The position numbers and the translations under genes were made by a program. Source: an uncultured archaeon (GTDB lineage Archaea > Iainarchaeota > Iainarchaeia > Iainarchaeales > 0-14-0-20-30-16). Taken from it: a stretch of 8,023 bases of DNA. Below, piece by piece: positions 5,362 through 8,023 of the stretch. Positions within the stretch are counted from its first letter, which is position 1. Each line of letters opens with the position of its first letter. The DNA is taken from NCBI GenBank assembly GCA_964565725.1, contig CAZMGA010000025.1:1-8023 (forward strand). The letters are read 5' to 3'. The notes beneath the pieces are model-generated. The model saw only the letters and a list, made by a program, of their open reading frames with translations, ran no database searches and was not told the origin of the DNA.

Positions 5362-6498
5362 ATGAATAATAAAGAAATAATTGATTTAATTGAAAAACAA
5401 AATAATTTTAGAAACAATTCTATAAATTTAATTGCATCAGAAAATATAATGTTTCCCGAAGTAGAAAAATATTATATTAATGATTTTATGCATAGATATG
5501 CGGAAGGAGAACCATTTAAAAGATATTATAATGGTACTAAATATGTAGATTGTATAGAAGATTTGTGTCAAACTCATTTTAAAAAACATTTTGATATTTT
5601 AAATGTTGATCTGAGACCTATTTCTGGCGCAATAGCTAATTTAGCTGTTTTTTCTGCCTTAAAAAATAAGGGAAAAGTTATTACAAATTCTTTACCTTCT
5701 GGCGGACATATAACACATAATAAAGTAGGGACTTTAGGGAGAATATTAAATTATGATATTAAAAATTTTCCTCAAAACAAAGAAAACCTTTTTGTTTCTG
5801 ATATCGATGATTCAATAAAATTAATCAAAGATTATAATCCTGATTTTATAGTTTTGGGAAAGTCTATGTTTTTATTTCCAGAACCTATAAAAGAAATTAG
5901 AAATGAATTTCCAGAATTAAAAATAATTTATGATGCCGCACATGTTTTTGGATTGATATATCAAAAAGAATTTCAAAATCCTTTTAATGAAGGTGCAGAT
6001 GTAATTACTGCTTCAACACATAAAACGTTTCCTGGGCCTCAAGGTGGTATAATTTTGTCCAAAACAGAAAATAATTTTGATAAATATATGTTTCCCGGAA
6101 TTGTTTCAAACCATCATTTACATAGATTGCCTTCATTATATATGACAGCAAATATTTTGGATAATGAAAAAAAAGATTATGCTAAAAATGTAATATCTAA
6201 TGCAAAATATTTCGCAGAAAAATTATTTGAAAATGGTTTTAATGTATGTTGTGAAAATTATGGTTTTACAAAGAGTCATCAAGTAATTTTAGATGTAAGT
6301 AATTTTAGTAATGGTAGTGACGTTGCAAATAAATTAGAAGCAAATAATATTATAGTAAATAAAAATGCTTTGCCTTGGGATAAAAGTGTAATTAATCCAT
6401 CAGGAATTAGAATTGGAGTACAAGAAATGACTTTGAAAGGATATACAAAAAATGATTTTTCTGAGTTGGCGGAAAATTTTAAAAATATATTATTGTAA
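5362..6498 (+). CDS. glyA: Serine hydroxymethyltransferase (archaeal type, compact 378 aa)
   Basis: Motifs seen: LIASEN near the N-terminus, HRYAEG, SGGHITH, DAAHV, and the PLP-lysine motif TASTHKTFPGPQGG (Lys at aa 221). Confidence 0.9.
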   Translation: MNNKEIIDLIEKQNNFRNNSINLIASENIMFPEVEKYYINDFMHRYAEGEPFKRYYNGTKYVDCIEDLCQTHFKKHFDILNVDLRPISGAIANLAVFSALKNKGKVITNSLPSGGHITHNKVGTLGRILNYDIKNFPQNKENLFVSDIDDSIKLIKDYNPDFIVLGKSMFLFPEPIKEIRNEFPELKIIYDAAHVFGLIYQKEFQNPFNEGADVITASTHKTFPGPQGGIILSKTENNFDKYMFPGIVSNHHLHRLPSLYMTANILDNEKKDYAKNVISNAKYFAEKLFENGFNVCCENYGFTKSHQVILDVSNFSNGSDVANKLEANNIIVNKNALPWDKSVINPSGIRIGVQEMTLKGYTKNDFSELAENFKNILL

Positions 6499-6500
6499 AG

Positions 6501-6505
6501 GGTGA
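6501..6505 (+). promoter_or_regulatory. Shine-Dalgarno core (GGTGA, within AGGGTGA) for thyX
   Basis: The core lies 4 nt upstream of ATG 6510 and 2 nt after the glyA stop (TAA 6496-6498). This indicates glyA-thyX co-transcription. Confidence 0.55.
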
Positions 6506-6509
6506 GCTT

Positions 6510-7154
6510 ATGGTAGAAAGTAAATTAAAAGTAGTATTATTGAATTATACTCCTAATCCTGTGAATACAGTCGCAAAATCAGCTAGGTTAAGTCATTATG
6601 GAAAATCTATTAGTGAATTAAATGAAATTATTACTGAAGAATATGCTATAGAATTAGTTAGAAGATTAATTGATATGGGGCACGATTCAGCTTTAGAAAA
6701 CGCAGTATTTACTTTTGGAGTAGAAGGAATATCTCGAGCATGTTCACATCAATTAGTGCGACATAGAATGGCAAGTTATGTTCAGCAAAGTCAAAGATAT
6801 GTTGCAGAAAAAGATTTTGATTTTATAATGCCTCCAACTATTGCTGAAAAGGAAGATGCAAAACAAATATTTTTAGACGAAATAGAAAGTATAAATAAAG
6901 CATACAAGAAACTTTGTGATATAGGTATAAAAAAGGAAGATGCAAGATTTTTATTACCTAACGCATGTGAAACAAAAATTATTTGCACATTTAATATGCG
7001 TTCTTTAATTAACTTTTTCAAATTAAGAATTAGTAATCATGCACAATGGGAAATTAGAGAGTTGGCTATAGAAATGTATAAATTGGTTAAAAATATAGCT
7101 CCGGTATTTTTAGAAAAATTAGATGAAGAAATAAATATTGATAAAATTAAATGA
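6510..7154 (+). CDS. thyX: Flavin-dependent thymidylate synthase ThyX
   Basis: The ThyX signature RHRxxSxxxxSxR is present exactly as RHRMASYVQQSQR (aa 84-96, nt 6759-6797). The size of 214 aa is typical. The gene sits immediately downstream of glyA. Confidence 0.92.
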   Translation: MVESKLKVVLLNYTPNPVNTVAKSARLSHYGKSISELNEIITEEYAIELVRRLIDMGHDSALENAVFTFGVEGISRACSHQLVRHRMASYVQQSQRYVAEKDFDFIMPPTIAEKEDAKQIFLDEIESINKAYKKLCDIGIKKEDARFLLPNACETKIICTFNMRSLINFFKLRISNHAQWEIRELAIEMYKLVKNIAPVFLEKLDEEINIDKIK

Positions 7155-7155
7155 T

Positions 7156-7641
7156 TTATTTTCTGTTTTTTAAAAAATAAAAAATAGATAAAACAATTAT
7201 TAAAATAGTATCTAAAAATAAATATGCTTCTTTTATATTTTCTAATAAATGAATTCTAAAACCGTAATCAAATAAAGGGTAAAATAATTTTAAGGAATAT
7301 GCTCCTCCTCCCAAAATTAAGTCTAAAATTAAATGTATAAAATATCCAAAAGCAATAAATAAAATATAATTAATAATTTTTTTGTCATTAATTTTTTTAA
7401 GGTTTTTTAAAATTACATAAACAATAATTAAAACAAAAGGTACAAAAAAACTGTGAAAAATACCCCCGTGCATAAATATATTAGATATTGGTAAAAATTT
7501 ATTTAAAATATTAAAACAAAAATCAAAATCTGGTAATAATCCAGAAAATATTGCTATAAGATACCAATGTTTTCCTAAATATTTTTTAAAAGGATAAATC
7601 ATTAATAAATTAATTAAAACATGTGTGCAAGGATTAGGCAT
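7156..7641 (-). CDS. Membrane-bound metal-dependent hydrolase, DUF457/YdjM-like
   Basis: The 161-aa polytopic membrane protein has the conserved His/Asp pattern of the family: N-terminal THV, GLLPDFDF, HGGIFHS, and FIHLILD. Confidence 0.6.
   Translation of the reverse strand: MPNPCTHVLINLLMIYPFKKYLGKHWYLIAIFSGLLPDFDFCFNILNKFLPISNIFMHGGIFHSFFVPFVLIIVYVILKNLKKINDKKIINYILFIAFGYFIHLILDLILGGGAYSLKLFYPLFDYGFRIHLLENIKEAYLFLDTILIIVLSIFYFLKNRK
7166..7171 (+). terminator. Oligo-T tract (T6) 12 nt after the thyX stop, candidate terminator inside the convergent gene
   Basis: TTTTTT at 7166-7171 is followed by AAAAAA at 7172-7177. Only 1 nt separates thyX from the convergent ORF, so any terminator must lie inside the neighbouring coding sequence. 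Confidence 0.2.
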
Positions 7642-7662
7642 AATTATAATAATAAGGAAACC

Positions 7663-7674
7663 TTTATAATTATA
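7663..7674. promoter_or_regulatory. Shared or bidirectional TATA element in the 60-nt divergent intergenic region
   Basis: The plus strand reads TTTATAAT (7663-7670), which is ATTATAAA on the minus strand. It overlaps the perfect palindrome TATAATTATA (7665-7674). The palindrome centre lies about 29 nt from the minus ATG (7641) and about 33 nt from the plus ATG (7702). The purine-rich AAGGAAA immediately 5' on the plus strand could act as a BRE for rfcS. Confidence 0.35.
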
Positions 7675-7701
7675 TATAATATATATAAATTAGGGTTGTT
7701 T

Positions 7702-8023
7702 ATGGATAATAATTTACCATGGGTTGAAAAATATAGACCAAAAACTTTAGATGAAGTTTATGGCAATAAATCTGTTTTAGATAGATTAAAGAAATATACG
7801 TATGATAGAAATTTGCCAAATATGATTTTTGCGGGTTCGGCAGGAACTGGAAAAACTACTTCTGCAATAGCTATTGCAAGATTATTATTTAAAGATAATT
7901 ATGAAAGAAATTTTTTGGAATTAAATGCTTCTGATGATAGAGGTATTGAAGTTGTAAGAAAAACGATAAAAGATTTTGCAAGAACTTTGCCTTTAGAAGC
8001 AGAATATAAAATTATTTTTTTAG
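7702..8023 (+). CDS. rfcS: Replication factor C small subunit, N-terminal part (3' end outside window)
   Basis: Motifs seen: MDNNLPWVEKYRPKTLDEVYGN (RFC box II), FAGSAGTGKTT (Walker A), and ELNASDDRGIEVVR (RFC box IV). KIIFL at the window edge is the beginning of Walker B. Confidence 0.9.
   Translation, partial: MDNNLPWVEKYRPKTLDEVYGNKSVLDRLKKYTYDRNLPNMIFAGSAGTGKTTSAIAIARLLFKDNYERNFLELNASDDRGIEVVRKTIKDFARTLPLEAEYKIIFL

Noticed and set aside
6791-7021. 76-aa ORF on the minus strand
   Set aside because: It is fully embedded antisense in thyX, which carries an exact family signature. It is a shadow ORF.
7166-7177. TTTTTTAAAAAA palindrome after thyX as a hairpin terminator
   Set aside because: It is a loop-less, A/T-only palindrome and cannot form a stable hairpin. 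I retained only the T6 run as a weak oligo-T terminator candidate. It is also coding sequence for the convergent gene (..FLKNRK).
1-8023. Searched by eye for CRISPR repeats, tRNA/rRNA, IS elements or integrases, terminal inverted repeats and toxin-antitoxin pairs
   Set aside because: I found none. The three real intergenic spacers (56, 111 and 60 nt) are too short for structured RNA genes and contain only promoter-like A/T elements. The window looks like core chromosome rather than an accessory island.

Overview
The window is a very AT-rich, tightly packed archaeal chromosomal segment. By ORF coordinates only about 250 of 8,023 nt are non-coding, and two convergent gene pairs touch or overlap.

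The content is housekeeping rather than accessory. In order:
- (+) secF 3' end and secD.
- (+) A class III signal peptide (type IV pilin-like) protein, an unknown 80-83 aa protein, and a divergent RFC large subunit.
- (-) An M50 site-2 protease and a P-loop kinase::dCMP deaminase fusion.
- (+) glyA (SHMT) and thyX.
- (-) A DUF457/YdjM-like membrane hydrolase.
- (+) The rfcS 5' part, which runs off the window.

The signals look archaeal. First genes have TATA-like boxes about 25-32 nt upstream of the ATG, implying leaderless or near-leaderless transcripts. Internal operon genes have GGTGA Shine-Dalgarno cores 4-5 nt upstream of the start.

I found no CRISPR array, tRNA or rRNA, transposase or integrase, or recognisable defence or toxin genes. 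I cannot honestly point to a complete novel multi-gene system.

The items most worth follow-up are:
1. The nucleotide-kinase::dCMP deaminase fusion, inside a dTMP-synthesis neighbourhood (deaminase, SHMT, ThyX) arranged around one divergent promoter and flanked by the two RFC genes.
2. A GC-containing palindrome that encloses the putative glyA-thyX TATA box.
3. An unrecognisable small acidic-tailed protein translationally coupled upstream of rfcL.
4. An orphan pilin-like gene next to secFD.

The compactness, low G+C and divergent core proteins suggest a small-genome archaeon, possibly DPANN-like. This is inference only. All homology calls rest on motifs read by eye, with no database search.
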